Below are positions 53,525 through 63,920 of a stretch of DNA of 64,000 nt, piece after piece (the stretch's first letter is position 1; every line of letters begins with the position of its first letter). Made by a program: the position numbers and the translations under genes. The stretch comes from an uncultured bacterium (GTDB taxonomy: Bacteria; Desulfobacterota_D; UBA1144): contig CAJWZJ010000003.1 in assembly GCA_913050245.1 (NCBI GenBank), positions 27,329 to 91,328 on the forward strand. Direction: 5' to 3'. The notes under the pieces were generated by a model that saw only the letters and a program-made list of their open reading frames with translations, was not told where the DNA came from and searched no databases.

Positions 53525-53611
53525 GATAAAAATTAATAAATGTTATTGTCTTACAATAAAAGTAATTGTCAAGTTAGTTAAAAAGGCTATTTTCTGTGTT
53601 ATTTTGTTAAA

Positions 53612-54814
53612 GTGAAAAAGAATATTCTTTTTATCAATCATTCTGTAAGGGACGGGGGTCCTGGTAGGAGTTTGTTTTATCTTCTAAAACATTTTGATTA
53701 TGATAATTATTCCGTAAATGTTTTAATTCCTTCTAAAAATTCATTTTCTGAGAATATTAATAAACACAATTTGAAAGTAAATGAAATTGTTTCAGAGAAT
53801 TTCCCTGAAAATTTAAAAAAACAAAATTTTTCTTTCTTAGGTAAAAAATTATCATTATTACCTTTAGATATAATAATTAATTTATTTAGGTTAATTATAC
53901 TAGCTTTTACAATAAGAAATATTTTAAAGGAATATAGTATTGATCTCATATATTGCAATGGAACACAAGCTAAGATTTTTGGAGCTATAATAAGTTCAAT
54001 ATATAAAATTGATACATTCTGGCATGTTAGGAATATTCAGTCTAATTTTTTTTTCAAGTGGCTTATAAATAAATGTAGTAATTTTAATTTTGTAAGGAGA
54101 ATCATATGTGTATCAGAGGCTACGAGTGAACAATTTTTAAAGAAGGATAAAAATATAGTTATTAATAATGGAATTGATACCTCTGAATTTTCTGTTTCTA
54201 ATATTGATAAAAAATTAAGAGAAGAATTTCAAATAGAACCCAATAAAATAATACTTGGCACAGTCGGAAGAGTTGTGCCAAGAAAAGGGTTTGAATATTT
54301 TATTGAGGTATGTAAAGAAATATCTCATAAGTTTAAAAAAGATTGTATTTTTGTGATTGTTGGGGACACTCCTTTTTATTTCAAACAAAGTTTAATGCTT
54401 AAATTAAAAGAAATTGTTAAAGAAAGTAATCTATCCTCAAAATTCATATTTACAGGCTATAAGCCAGATGTAGGTTCATACATTGCTGATTTTGATATCT
54501 TTTTTATCCCATCAAGGTACCCAGATCCATTTCCTAGAGTTGTTATTGAATCAATGTCATTAAATAAGCCTATAATTGGTTTTAATATTGGAGGTATAGG
54601 TGAAGCAATAGATAATGGAATAAATGGGTATTCCTTAAAAATTGATGAATCACCTGTTCAAAGTATTGTCAAATTAATAGAAGATAAAAATCTTAGGCTT
54701 AATATGGGTTTTAATTCAAGAAAAAAAGCAGTCAATGAATATGATTCACGACTAATTGCTAATAAAATAATAGAACAAATTGACTCATTCTTTTCTAGAA
54801 GTTCTAAATCCTAA
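53612..54814 (+). CDS. glycosyltransferase, GT4/group 1 family
   Basis: The C-terminal GT-B domain has an E-x7-E region (FPRVVIESMSLNKPIIGFNIGGIGEAI). GTG start. Isolated, with no neighbouring polysaccharide genes. Confidence 0.75.
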   Translation: MKKNILFINHSVRDGGPGRSLFYLLKHFDYDNYSVNVLIPSKNSFSENINKHNLKVNEIVSENFPENLKKQNFSFLGKKLSLLPLDIIINLFRLIILAFTIRNILKEYSIDLIYCNGTQAKIFGAIISSIYKIDTFWHVRNIQSNFFFKWLINKCSNFNFVRRIICVSEATSEQFLKKDKNIVINNGIDTSEFSVSNIDKKLREEFQIEPNKIILGTVGRVVPRKGFEYFIEVCKEISHKFKKDCIFVIVGDTPFYFKQSLMLKLKEIVKESNLSSKFIFTGYKPDVGSYIADFDIFFIPSRYPDPFPRVVIESMSLNKPIIGFNIGGIGEAIDNGINGYSLKIDESPVQSIVKLIEDKNLRLNMGFNSRKKAVNEYDSRLIANKIIEQIDSFFSRSSKS

Positions 54815-56098
54815 CTTGAGGCTAATTCCCTCAAGCTTGTATTCGTTTCTAATAGATCTCTCGATAAATTTTCTAAATGTGTTAGGTATATTTTTCGCAA
54901 AATTACAAAAGAGTATTATTTCTGGAGGATTATTTTTAGTTTGAGTTGCATAATATATTTTAAATCTTTTTCCACGATTTACAGGAACGGAAAATTTCTC
55001 TACTATATTATTTAAGAATTTATTAAGATTATTAATATTAATTTTATATTCTAACTTAAGACATATCTCATCAATAGATTTAAAAATTTTATTAATATTT
55101 TTACCTTTTATTGCAGAGATAACGACTATCTTTGCATAATTAATCTGAGGAAAATATTTAAAAATAATATCTCTTAATTTTTCAGAATTATTTAGTTCTC
55201 TAGGTATCAGATCAGATTTATTAACTGCAACAATAATAGCTTTATTATTTTTTTTAATAAGATTTAGAATTTTTGAATCTTGCTTAGATGGTCCAATCTG
55301 TGAATCAATCATGAAAATTACAATATCCGATCTTTCAATGGCATCAATTGCTCGTGAAGTTGAATAGTATTCAACTTTTTCACTTATCTTAGATTTTCTC
55401 CTTAACCCAGCTGTATCAACAAAAAAATATTTTTTATTATTTCTTATTATTTCCAGATTAACTGTATCCCTTGTAGTACCAGCCTTTTCACTAACAATTG
55501 ATATCTCTTCTCTAGCTATATTATTAATTAAAGTAGATTTTCCAACATTCGGTTTACCAACAATAGCAATTTTATATAAATAATTACTTTCTAATTTATT
55601 ATTTACAACACCAAAGTTTTTATATATGTATTCTCTTAATTTGCTAATATTTCTATTATGTTCTGCAGAAATATTTATAAAATTTTCCTCACCTAATTTG
55701 TAGAAATCTGATAAATTATCATCGAAGTTTTTAAAATCTATTTTATTTATAACAGTTATATAATTTTTTTTGGATTTTCTTATAATTGACAATATTTCAG
55801 AATCTTCTTTTTGTAGTCCTGACTTTCCATCAAGCAAGAAGATTATTAAATCAGATCTTTTAATTATTTCTAAAATTTTTTTTCTAATTAAAGTAGGGTA
55901 ATGTTCTTTTTCATTATCATAGCCACCTGAGTCAACCAACCTATATTCTTTATCCTCTATACTAAAATTATTAGATAATAAATCACGAGTACTTCCAGGT
56001 TCTTTATAAATTATAGAGTGACGTAATCCGCTTAATTGATTAAAAAGGGTTGATTTGCCTACATTTGGTCTTCCCACTATTGATATTAATGGTATCAT
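54785..56098 (-). CDS. der: ribosome-associated GTPase Der (EngA)
   Basis: Two tandem GTPase domains (GRPNVGKST/DSGG/NKID and GKPNVGKST/DTAG/NKSD) plus a KH-like C-terminus. Confidence 0.94.
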   Translation of the reverse strand: MIPLISIVGRPNVGKSTLFNQLSGLRHSIIYKEPGSTRDLLSNNFSIEDKEYRLVDSGGYDNEKEHYPTLIRKKILEIIKRSDLIIFLLDGKSGLQKEDSEILSIIRKSKKNYITVINKIDFKNFDDNLSDFYKLGEENFINISAEHNRNISKLREYIYKNFGVVNNKLESNYLYKIAIVGKPNVGKSTLINNIAREEISIVSEKAGTTRDTVNLEIIRNNKKYFFVDTAGLRRKSKISEKVEYYSTSRAIDAIERSDIVIFMIDSQIGPSKQDSKILNLIKKNNKAIIVAVNKSDLIPRELNNSEKLRDIIFKYFPQINYAKIVVISAIKGKNINKIFKSIDEICLKLEYKININNLNKFLNNIVEKFSVPVNRGKRFKIYYATQTKNNPPEIILFCNFAKNIPNTFRKFIERSIRNEYKLEGISLKLGFRTSRKE

Positions 56099-56106
56099 TC
56101 TGTTTT

Positions 56107-56535
56107 ATGCCTCTTATAATAAGTGATTCTAATAACTATACTAGAAGTTTTAATAAATCAACTTTTAAAAAAATAATTGAAAAAAGTTTAAAAAAATTAA
56201 AATTATCTTCGAAAACTATTTATATAACTTTCATATCTGATTATCAAATGACTAAGATTAATCATGAATTCGCAAAAATCAAAAAATCCACTGATGTATT
56301 AAGCTTTAATTATGAAAACGATATAAATAATATTATCGGTGAAATCTTTATATCTGTTAATTATTGCAAAAAAAATATAAAAAAAAACAATAATTCCTTG
56401 ATAAAAGAAATATCAATAGTTGCAATTCATGGAATATTACATCTTATAGATTATGATCATGATAACAAAATAAATGAAAAGATAATGTTTGATTTACAAG
56501 AAAATCTTTATAAATTTGCAAGGCTCAAGCAATAG
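56107..56535 (+). CDS. ybeY: rRNA maturation endoribonuclease YbeY
   Basis: HGILHLIDYDH metal motif. I chose the ATG at 56107. The longer ORF from 56050 would overlap der head-on. Confidence 0.85.
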   Translation: MPLIISDSNNYTRSFNKSTFKKIIEKSLKKLKLSSKTIYITFISDYQMTKINHEFAKIKKSTDVLSFNYENDINNIIGEIFISVNYCKKNIKKNNNSLIKEISIVAIHGILHLIDYDHDNKINEKIMFDLQENLYKFARLKQ

Positions 56536-57049
56536 AATCATCATAATCACTAAATTCTTCAATATTTGGTATGTCATCTAAGCTGTTTAGACCAAATACT
56601 TCCAAAAAAAACTCTGTAGTTTTATATAAATATGGTTTTCCCGGAGCATTCTTTTCACCTGATATTTTAACAATATCCCTTTCTATTAAAACATTAATCA
56701 CTCCAGTTGAATCAACTCCACGTATTTTATCTATTTCTAATTTTGTAATAGGCTGTTTCTTAGCAATGATACCTACAACTTCCAATGAAGCTCTGGATAA
56801 TTTATAGGGTTTTTTATTTATATATTCTCTAATTAGTTCTCTATAGTCTTCACGTGTTCTAAATTGAAAACCGCCTGCAACTTTCTCTATAAGAAATGGC
56901 CTACCCATTTCATCAATTTCTTTGATTAAGATTTCTAAAACACTATTTGCTTCCTTCTCATTAATTTTAAAAAAACTTGCGATATCATTGGAACTGATAG
57001 GGCTTTCACTGATAAATATTAATACTTCGATTTTCTCTTTTAAATCCAC
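56525..57049 (-). CDS. scpB: segregation and condensation protein B
   Basis: EVLIFISESPISSNDIA, a winged-helix pair, adjacent to scpA. Confidence 0.9.
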   Translation of the reverse strand: MDLKEKIEVLIFISESPISSNDIASFFKINEKEANSVLEILIKEIDEMGRPFLIEKVAGGFQFRTREDYRELIREYINKKPYKLSRASLEVVGIIAKKQPITKLEIDKIRGVDSTGVINVLIERDIVKISGEKNAPGKPYLYKTTEFFLEVFGLNSLDDIPNIEEFSDYDDSIA

Positions 57050-57789
57050 TATTTTAACTCCTTAAGGAAGAAAGTAATTTTATCATTCTCACTCTCTTTG
57101 TAATCTATTAGGCTATCCTTTACAAGTTCTAATATAATTAAGAATGATACAATCACCTTTTCTTTAGTACTATTCTTATCAAATATTTCCTCAAATTTAA
57201 TTTCTTTTTTATTATAAAAATTTTTTATTAGCTCTTCTTTCCTATCATCAAAATTTACTGAATCTTCAATTAAACTAATATCTGGTGTTTCTTTATAATT
57301 TTGGTAGTTAAGAACGGTTTTAACTGCGGTTATTAATTTCCAGATGTTAGTCTTTTCAGTTTCCCATACTGTTGGTCCATCAAACTCTGAGCTTTGATAT
57401 CTTTTAAAAATATCCCTACCCAAAAGATTCCTAGAGTTTAGATTTTCAGATAATTTTCTATATTTTTTATATTCTTTAAGCATTTCAACTAAATCAATTT
57501 CATCTTCGCTTTCTAAAATATCCTCTACTTCCTCTTTTGGTAAAAGTGAGCGAGATTTTATTCTTGCAAGTTCAGCAGCAATTACTAAATAGTCAGCTAT
57601 ATTTTCAAAATTAAATTCTTTTAATAGTTCAACATATTCTAAATATTGTTCTGTAACTTCAGCTAAGGATATATCATAAATATCTAAATTTTTATCTTTT
57701 ATTAGTGTTAGAAGAAGGTCAAGCGGTCCTTCGAAAATATCAAGTTTAAGATCATAAGGGCTATTTGAACTAACTTGTGAATTATCCAT
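57049..57789 (-). CDS. scpA: segregation and condensation protein A (kleisin)
   Basis: FEGPLDLLLTLIKDKNLDIYDISLAEVTEQY. Confidence 0.9.
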   Translation of the reverse strand: MDNSQVSSNSPYDLKLDIFEGPLDLLLTLIKDKNLDIYDISLAEVTEQYLEYVELLKEFNFENIADYLVIAAELARIKSRSLLPKEEVEDILESEDEIDLVEMLKEYKKYRKLSENLNSRNLLGRDIFKRYQSSEFDGPTVWETEKTNIWKLITAVKTVLNYQNYKETPDISLIEDSVNFDDRKEELIKNFYNKKEIKFEEIFDKNSTKEKVIVSFLIILELVKDSLIDYKESENDKITFFLKELK

Positions 57790-58441
57790 TTAAATACAAA
57801 ATAGCATCTGGAGCTAGTAAATTCAAAATAAAAAAAATAGGATATAGTAAAATTAGCGGAAATGACCTGATAACAAATATTAGTAATACCACGGATAATA
57901 TACTATAAAGCGGCTTACTCATAAGACCATAAAATTTATTTGCTACCTTATCAGGCAGTAGACTATAAATAATGTTTCCACCATCTAACGGTGGCATCGG
58001 TAAAAGATTAAAAACACCTAGCATTATATTTAGATATATCATCCATGAAATGAATTTAGCCACATTTAAATAATCAAAACCAAAAAAAATCTCATTAGAA
58101 ACAGAATTTTGAAAACCAAACGCGTAAAAAAGTATAGAAAATGCGATAGCAATTATAAAATTAGATAATGGGCCTGCGAAGGCTACTATATATAAGCTTT
58201 TTCTTCCTTTTTTTAAATTTTGAACATTTACAGGAACAGGCTTTGCCCAACCAAATTTAATGATTAAAATTGCTAAGGTCCCTAATAGATCAAGATGCTT
58301 TAATGGATTCAGTGTTAATCTCCCAAGTCTTTTTGCAGTATCATCACCAAGTCTTGATGCAGCTAGCGCATGGCTAAATTCATGAATAGTAAGTGAAAAT
58401 AATACTATGGGTATAATAATAAAGTAAATTGGGTCAATCAT
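57782..58441 (-). CDS. site-2 protease family (peptidase M50) membrane metalloprotease
   Basis: HEFSHALAA (HExxH) in TM1, LNPLKHLD, and a later PPLDGG motif. The ATG at 58441 overlaps the upstream stop as ATGATTGA; a GTG at 58453 is also possible. Confidence 0.8.
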   Translation of the reverse strand: MIDPIYFIIIPIVLFSLTIHEFSHALAASRLGDDTAKRLGRLTLNPLKHLDLLGTLAILIIKFGWAKPVPVNVQNLKKGRKSLYIVAFAGPLSNFIIAIAFSILFYAFGFQNSVSNEIFFGFDYLNVAKFISWMIYLNIMLGVFNLLPMPPLDGGNIIYSLLPDKVANKFYGLMSKPLYSILSVVLLIFVIRSFPLILLYPIFFILNLLAPDAILYLNG

Positions 58442-59513
58442 TACTATTTCCACCGGTTAAAGGGCCATACTTTCTTAAAATATCTTTCTTTTCAGTAAAA
58501 TTTCCAAGATATCTACTAGTAACTGATATTGATGAATGACCTAAATGTTCTTTAATATTGATTAAATCTATACCTTCTTCAACTAAATGTGTTGCTATAG
58601 AATGTCTAAACATATGTGGGCTAATCATTTTATATTTCCTATTATCTCTGTTTTTAACAATTAAATCTAAACCTCTTTTAGTTTTATCTCTGAAACTAAA
58701 TTCAAAGGATTTTATACATATTTCTTTTATTCTTTTATCAATAAATTGTCTAGTAATATTTTTTATTTTATTTTTTACATTGTTTCTCCTATAGTTGCTA
58801 ATAAATAAATAATCTGACTTACTACTACCTAATATAATTTTTCTTTCATTTTCAATGTAGTCTAACAAGATCTTATATGAAGGATGAGGTTGCTCTCTAA
58901 ACTTACCTCCTTTGCCCTGAATGAGAATATAGGGGTTAGAATTATTAAATTTAATATCTGACATTTTAATATTTATTAACTCTGACACTCTTAGACCACA
59001 GTAATACAGTGTATTTACAATAGAGCTTTCACGAAGAGGATATTTGAAATCCATAGAAAAGTTTTTGGAGTTAATGTAATCAAAAATAATTTTTATTTCT
59101 TCAAGCGTTAGTGATTGTGGTTCAGAATTATTAGATGATTTATGTGAAGGTAGAGGATTCTTTTTTATTAATTTTTTATAAATTAAATAATTAAAAAAAC
59201 TTGATAATGTATATAGGAACCTTTTTTTTGATGAATCTGACCTAATACCAGTGATTTTTTTAACTTCATCACCATGCTTATTCTTCCAAATTTTTATAAA
59301 TTTATTAAAAATATCTGATTTCAAAAAATTATTAATATCCTTACGTTCAATTTGATCAAATTTAGTAATGTTTGTTTGATTTAGAAAAGAAAGAAATATT
59401 ATTAAATCTCTATTATAAGAATCAACTGTATTAGTTGTTAGGCTTGTGCCTGTAATTTTTTTATGCTTAATGAAATTGCTGACAATTTCTTGCATGAGTT
59501 TCTTATGTACCAC
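58434..59513 (-). CDS. XerC/XerD-family tyrosine recombinase
   Basis: Catalytic R (GLRVSEL), HMFRHSIATH and LGHSSISVTSRY. Sits directly upstream of scpA-scpB. Alternative ATG start at 59495. Confidence 0.85.
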   Translation of the reverse strand: MVHKKLMQEIVSNFIKHKKITGTSLTTNTVDSYNRDLIIFLSFLNQTNITKFDQIERKDINNFLKSDIFNKFIKIWKNKHGDEVKKITGIRSDSSKKRFLYTLSSFFNYLIYKKLIKKNPLPSHKSSNNSEPQSLTLEEIKIIFDYINSKNFSMDFKYPLRESSIVNTLYYCGLRVSELINIKMSDIKFNNSNPYILIQGKGGKFREQPHPSYKILLDYIENERKIILGSSKSDYLFISNYRRNNVKNKIKNITRQFIDKRIKEICIKSFEFSFRDKTKRGLDLIVKNRDNRKYKMISPHMFRHSIATHLVEEGIDLINIKEHLGHSSISVTSRYLGNFTEKKDILRKYGPLTGGNSND

Positions 59514-60753
59514 TTTCCCAAGAATTCAGGTAAGCGTCTTGCTCTTTAGTGAGCTTGTCAATCTCAACTCCCATTGATTTCAATTTAATCTGGGCAACTC
59601 TATTGTCAAGATCTATAGGAACATCATAAACATCATTTTGTAAATTTTTATAGTTTTTAACCATATACTCGGAGCATAATGCTTGATTTGCGAAACTCAT
59701 ATCCATAACACTTGAAGGGTGACCTTCAGCCGCGGAGAGATTAACTAATCTTCCATCTGATAATAGATAGACTCTTTTTTTACCAATAGTATATTCTTCA
59801 ATATCATCTCTTATTTTTTTCTTTTTATCAGACATTTTTTTTAGAGCATCTATGTTAATTTCAACATTAAAATGTCCTGCATTTGAGACTATCACACCAT
59901 CTTTCATATTCTTGAAATGGTGTTTATCTATGACATTTAAATTACCAGTAACAGAACAAATGAAATCTGCAATCATAAATGCCTCATTGCCCGACATAAC
60001 TCGGAAGCCGTCCATTTTAGCTTCTAAGGCTTTTGTTGGGTCTATCTCTGTTACAATAACATTGGCTCCCAAACCATTAGCTCTCATTGCTAGTCCTTTG
60101 CCACACCATCCATATCCACATACAACAAAATTTTTCCCAGAAACAAGCCTGTTAGTTGCCCTCATAATACTGTCCATAACACTTTGTCCCGTACCATATC
60201 TATTATCAAATAAATGCTTTGTAAAGGCATTGTTAACAGCAATAATTGGATATTTCAGTACATTATTATTTGACATACTCTTTAGTCTTATAACACCCGT
60301 AGTAGTTTCTTCAGTACCACCTATAATATTTTTCAGATATTTCTTATGAGATTTGTGAACAACAGTAACCAAGTCGCATCCATCATCCATGGTTAAATTT
60401 GGACCAATTTTAAGAGAATCTATTATATGTTTATAATATCCTTTGTTATTTATTCCTTTTATTGCATATGTGTCAATTCCATAATCTTTTGTTAAATGAG
60501 CTGCAACATCATCTTGCGTACTTAATGGGTTAGATGCACAACATGATACTTTTGCACCCGCATTCTTTAGTGTTATTAGTAAATTTGCTGTTTCAGTTGT
60601 AACGTGAAGACACGCTGATATGTTCATACCTTTTAGAGGTTTTCTTTTGGACATTGATTTATTTATTTCCTGCAAAACTGGCATATCTTGATAAGCCCAT
60701 TCAACTCTATCTCTACCTTGCTTACTTAGTTTTAAATCTTTAACATCTGCCAT
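59503..60753 (-). CDS. ahcY: adenosylhomocysteinase
   Basis: LTMDDGCDL, GTEETTTGV, and NAD fold CGYGWCGKG. 416 aa. Confidence 0.95.
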   Translation of the reverse strand: MADVKDLKLSKQGRDRVEWAYQDMPVLQEINKSMSKRKPLKGMNISACLHVTTETANLLITLKNAGAKVSCCASNPLSTQDDVAAHLTKDYGIDTYAIKGINNKGYYKHIIDSLKIGPNLTMDDGCDLVTVVHKSHKKYLKNIIGGTEETTTGVIRLKSMSNNNVLKYPIIAVNNAFTKHLFDNRYGTGQSVMDSIMRATNRLVSGKNFVVCGYGWCGKGLAMRANGLGANVIVTEIDPTKALEAKMDGFRVMSGNEAFMIADFICSVTGNLNVIDKHHFKNMKDGVIVSNAGHFNVEINIDALKKMSDKKKKIRDDIEEYTIGKKRVYLLSDGRLVNLSAAEGHPSSVMDMSFANQALCSEYMVKNYKNLQNDVYDVPIDLDNRVAQIKLKSMGVEIDKLTKEQDAYLNSWESGT

Positions 60754-60780
60754 AATTAACTCCTAACATTACTATAATAA

Positions 60781-61938
60781 CTATAAATTTTTAATTGACT
60801 CTACTTTATTTGTATTTTCCCATTTAAAATCTTTCTCATTCCTTCCAAAATGACCATAACTTGCAGTTTTTTTATAAATAGGGGTCAGCAAGTTAAGCGA
60901 CTCAATAATACCTTTAGGAGTACAATTGAATATCTGATTAATATTTTCTAATAAATCGTTCAACTTCTTATTTGTATTATTTCCATAAGTATTAATATAA
61001 TATGAAACAGGATCTGGTTTACCAATTGCATAAGCGAGCTGAATTTCGCATTCATCTAGTAGGCCAGCAGCTACTATATTTTTTGCTATATATCTTGCCA
61101 TGTAGCAAGCGCTTCTATCAACTTTTGAAGGATCTTTTCCCGAAAAAGCTCCACCACCGTGTTTTGCCCAGCCACCATAAGTATCAACAATAATTTTTCT
61201 ACCTGTCAGTCCTGTATCGCCATGTGGTCCTCCAATTACGAACCTTCCGGTTGGATTAATAATAAATTTTGTTTTTTCATTAATTAAATGCGAGGGTATT
61301 TCTTTTTTAATTATTTCTTCAATAATACTTTCTTTAAGATCTGATTCATTAATTTCTTCAGCATGCTGTGTTGATATAAGAACCGTATCAATATATTCAG
61401 CCTTTTTATTTTTGTATTTTATTGAAACCTGCGATTTACCATCTGGTCTTAAAAATTTTAAGTTACCGTTTTTTCTATTATCTGCCAAAGACTTTGTAAG
61501 TTTATGTGACAAAAGAATAGGGTAAGGCATTAGATTTTCATTTTCGTTTGTAGCATAACCAAACATTATTCCTTGGTCACCAGCTCCAATAATATCTGTA
61601 GTTTTTTGATCAACACCAATAGAAATATCATTTGATTGTTTATCAATATAAAGCTCTATATCACATGTATTTCCATCAAAGCCTAGACCAGGGTCTATAT
61701 ATCCTATGTCTATTATTGTCTTTCTTATAACCTCTTCATAATTTATATTAGCTTTAGTACTAATCTCAGCAGATATAACAACCCTGTCTGTTGTAACTAG
61801 TGTTTCACAGGCCACGCGAGAATTACTGTCTTGTATAATTATTTCATCAAGTATTGCATCTGAAATCTGATCAGCAACTTTATCAGGGTGACCTTCTGTA
61901 ACAGATTCTGAAGTGAAAATAAATTCATCATTTTTCAT
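60781..61938 (-). CDS. metK: S-adenosylmethionine synthase
   Basis: [42 protein letters not shown] preferred the ATG at 61938 to the upstream GTG at 61956. Confidence 0.95.
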   Translation of the reverse strand: MKNDEFIFTSESVTEGHPDKVADQISDAILDEIIIQDSNSRVACETLVTTDRVVISAEISTKANINYEEVIRKTIIDIGYIDPGLGFDGNTCDIELYIDKQSNDISIGVDQKTTDIIGAGDQGIMFGYATNENENLMPYPILLSHKLTKSLADNRKNGNLKFLRPDGKSQVSIKYKNKKAEYIDTVLISTQHAEEINESDLKESIIEEIIKKEIPSHLINEKTKFIINPTGRFVIGGPHGDTGLTGRKIIVDTYGGWAKHGGGAFSGKDPSKVDRSACYMARYIAKNIVAAGLLDECEIQLAYAIGKPDPVSYYINTYGNNTNKKLNDLLENINQIFNCTPKGIIESLNLLTPIYKKTASYGHFGRNEKDFKWENTNKVESIKNL

Positions 61939-62015
61939 TGAGAATTTATAATACACATAAAATTACCGTAAATAAACTTTCATAAGCTTTAGTAGTACGT
62001 GTATAATCATGAATT

Positions 62016-62687
62016 ATGAAAAATTTCGTTGCTGCATCAATTATTGCTGCTGATTTTTGGTCTTTAAATAAAGAAATTGAAAAATTAGAGAAAACCGAGG
62101 TTAAATGGATTCATTATGATATTATGGATGGTCACTTTGTTCCAAATATTACTATTGGATCTTGCGAACTCCATTCTTTAATTAAAAAAACAAATATTCC
62201 AATAGATATTCATTTTATGGTTAATAATCCTGATTACATAATTCCTAATTTTTTAAAGCTGATTGATACAAAAAAAATTAAGAATATAACAGCGCATGCC
62301 GAAACAGTTACAAATATTAAAAAATTATCTAAAATTGTACAAAATAAAAATATAAATTTTGGTTTGGCTATTAACCCCAAAACATCGGTAAACCGTATTT
62401 TAGATAATATATCATATATAGATTTGGCTTTAATAATGACTGTTGAACCTGGATTTGCTGGTCAAATGATAATAAGTAAATGTATAAAGAAAGTGGAAAA
62501 GCTAAAGAATTTTCTTATAAAAAATAATTTAGATATTCCAATTCAAGTCGATGGCGGTATTAAACTTAATAACATATCTTTATTGTCAGATGTTGGAGCA
62601 AACATTTTTGTTTCAGGTACTGGAATATTTAAAACTAAAGATTATAAAAATACCGTAAAGGAAATGGTCAAAATAATTGACTCTTGA
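62016..62687 (+). CDS. rpe: ribulose-phosphate 3-epimerase
   Basis: HYDIMDGHFVPNIT, MTVEPGFAGQ, VDGGI. Confidence 0.93.
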   Translation: MKNFVAASIIAADFWSLNKEIEKLEKTEVKWIHYDIMDGHFVPNITIGSCELHSLIKKTNIPIDIHFMVNNPDYIIPNFLKLIDTKKIKNITAHAETVTNIKKLSKIVQNKNINFGLAINPKTSVNRILDNISYIDLALIMTVEPGFAGQMIISKCIKKVEKLKNFLIKNNLDIPIQVDGGIKLNNISLLSDVGANIFVSGTGIFKTKDYKNTVKEMVKIIDS

Positions 62688-62693
62688 TATCTT

Positions 62694-63473
62694 ATGAGTG
62701 CTTCAAATAGTATTTTTTCAGGTATAGATTTTTTTTCTAGTAATGATTTATCTAGGGTCAAATTTAAGGATGGATTTGTCTGTCCTAATTGTGATAATAA
62801 TTCTGGTTTTATTTATCATGACGACTCTGTTAGTATTTGTCCTATTAAAACTTCTATAAGTCTATATAACAGCGCAAATATACCAGCCAGATTTTCCAAA
62901 TGCCGAAATACTACTCTTGATAATGGCTCTTGGGAGATTAGAGAAAGGTCAATTCAAGATGCATTAGAATATAGCGTAAAATATATAAAAGAATATCCAA
63001 GCCTGACACCACCATTCTTTATTGGCTCGCCTGGGCTAGGAAAAACACATCTTTCAGTATCTATAATATCTCAGCTTACTTTAAGTTTAGGAGTTAAATG
63101 TTTATTTAAACAATTCCGAGATTTAATTGCAGATATTAAAGATCTATATATAAAGAATGATTCTGAAAAAGATTATATTGATAATTTTAGCAATTACAAA
63201 GTGCTAGTTATTGATGATCTTGGATCAACCAGAATGAGCGAATGGGAAACTAGTATATTAGATACTATAATTGCTACAAGATACAACGCTAATCTCCATA
63301 CAATTTTCAGTTCAAATCTATCTTTTCTGGGAAGCAAAACATATAAACAAACTAAAGAGGATATGATACTTGATTATAAAATTGGAGAAAGAAACTTGTC
63401 CAGAATTTTTGAAATGTGCCAGATGATAGAACTTAAAGGTGATGACTACAGAAAGAAAAACTTTAAAAAGTAA
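62694..63473 (+). CDS. DnaC/DnaI/IstB-like AAA+ ATPase with an N-terminal 4-Cys segment
   Basis: CPNC...C...C N-terminal region, IPARF, Walker A GSPGLGKTHL, Walker B VLVIDDLG, and a sensor region TIFSSN. Confidence 0.75.
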   Translation: MSASNSIFSGIDFFSSNDLSRVKFKDGFVCPNCDNNSGFIYHDDSVSICPIKTSISLYNSANIPARFSKCRNTTLDNGSWEIRERSIQDALEYSVKYIKEYPSLTPPFFIGSPGLGKTHLSVSIISQLTLSLGVKCLFKQFRDLIADIKDLYIKNDSEKDYIDNFSNYKVLVIDDLGSTRMSEWETSILDTIIATRYNANLHTIFSSNLSFLGSKTYKQTKEDMILDYKIGERNLSRIFEMCQMIELKGDDYRKKNFKK

Positions 63474-63819
63474 TTATAGTAAAACCTTCATCGACTAATT
63501 TTTTAAAACTAGGATGGCCATTATATTCATTTAATTGACTGATGTTGCATGATACAGCATCATCAGTTACACCAAATGCACCTGCACAGTATCCACAAAC
63601 ACCAGAAACTTTATCTTTCACAGAATCAAAAAGATCATTATATTTGCCTCCTTCCTCTGTTAACTTGCTAATCCATTTAGTACCAGCACCATCAAAAATA
63701 ATTTGTACTTCATCACCAGCATCTTTAAATTCTTTTGCGGTCATAAGTCCATTTACAGCTCTTCCAAAGTCACCTGGTCCAGCTGTATCTGCTAATATTA
63801 CAATTGCTACTTTAGACAT
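63463..63819 (-). CDS. DsrE/DsrF-like family protein
   Basis: A 118-aa Rossmann-like protein with KVAIVIL.., IIFDGAGTKW, and a Cys pair in GVCGYCAGAFG. Confidence 0.6.
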   Translation of the reverse strand: MSKVAIVILADTAGPGDFGRAVNGLMTAKEFKDAGDEVQIIFDGAGTKWISKLTEEGGKYNDLFDSVKDKVSGVCGYCAGAFGVTDDAVSCNISQLNEYNGHPSFKKLVDEGFTIITF

Positions 63820-63920
63820 AAAAAACTCCTTTATTTTTATTATAAATTAATGACAGGTTTTAGCATAATGACTTTTAGTTATATATATGCAAAAAAGAAA
63901 TCATGTGTTAAGATATTCAA

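Noticed and set aside
56050-56106. A longer ybeY ORF starting at 56050 and overlapping the der start head-on by 49 nt.
   Set aside because: The extra N-terminal residues are hydrophobic and not YbeY-like. The ATG at 56107 gives a normal-length protein of about 142 aa.
58434-59513. The tyrosine recombinase as a marker of an integrated mobile element or prophage.
   Set aside because: It sits in the conserved xer-scpA-scpB chromosome-segregation arrangement and is translationally coupled to housekeeping neighbours. There is no flanking tRNA, direct repeat, or phage/IS gene.
59852-60349. A 165-aa ORF on the plus strand, antisense to ahcY.
   Set aside because: It lies entirely inside a well-supported, conserved gene. 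The translation is low-complexity and hydrophobic with no motif, start context or SD. Long antisense ORFs are a known by-product of codon bias in relatively GC-richer conserved genes.
61939-62015. A possible SAM-II/SAM-V type riboswitch upstream of metK (an AAAGCU element is present on the minus strand).
   Set aside because: Only 77 nt are available, and the space must also hold two divergent promoters. The AAAGCU lies about 50 nt from the start rather than next to the SD, and I could not draw the required pseudoknot. A covariance-model scan (Rfam SAM-II/SAM-V) would be needed to revive this.
62694-63473. The IstB-like ATPase as part of an IS21-family insertion sequence.
   Set aside because: There is no IstA transposase ORF on either side and no terminal inverted repeats. 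It sits 6 nt downstream of rpe, and its 3' end overlaps the next gene.
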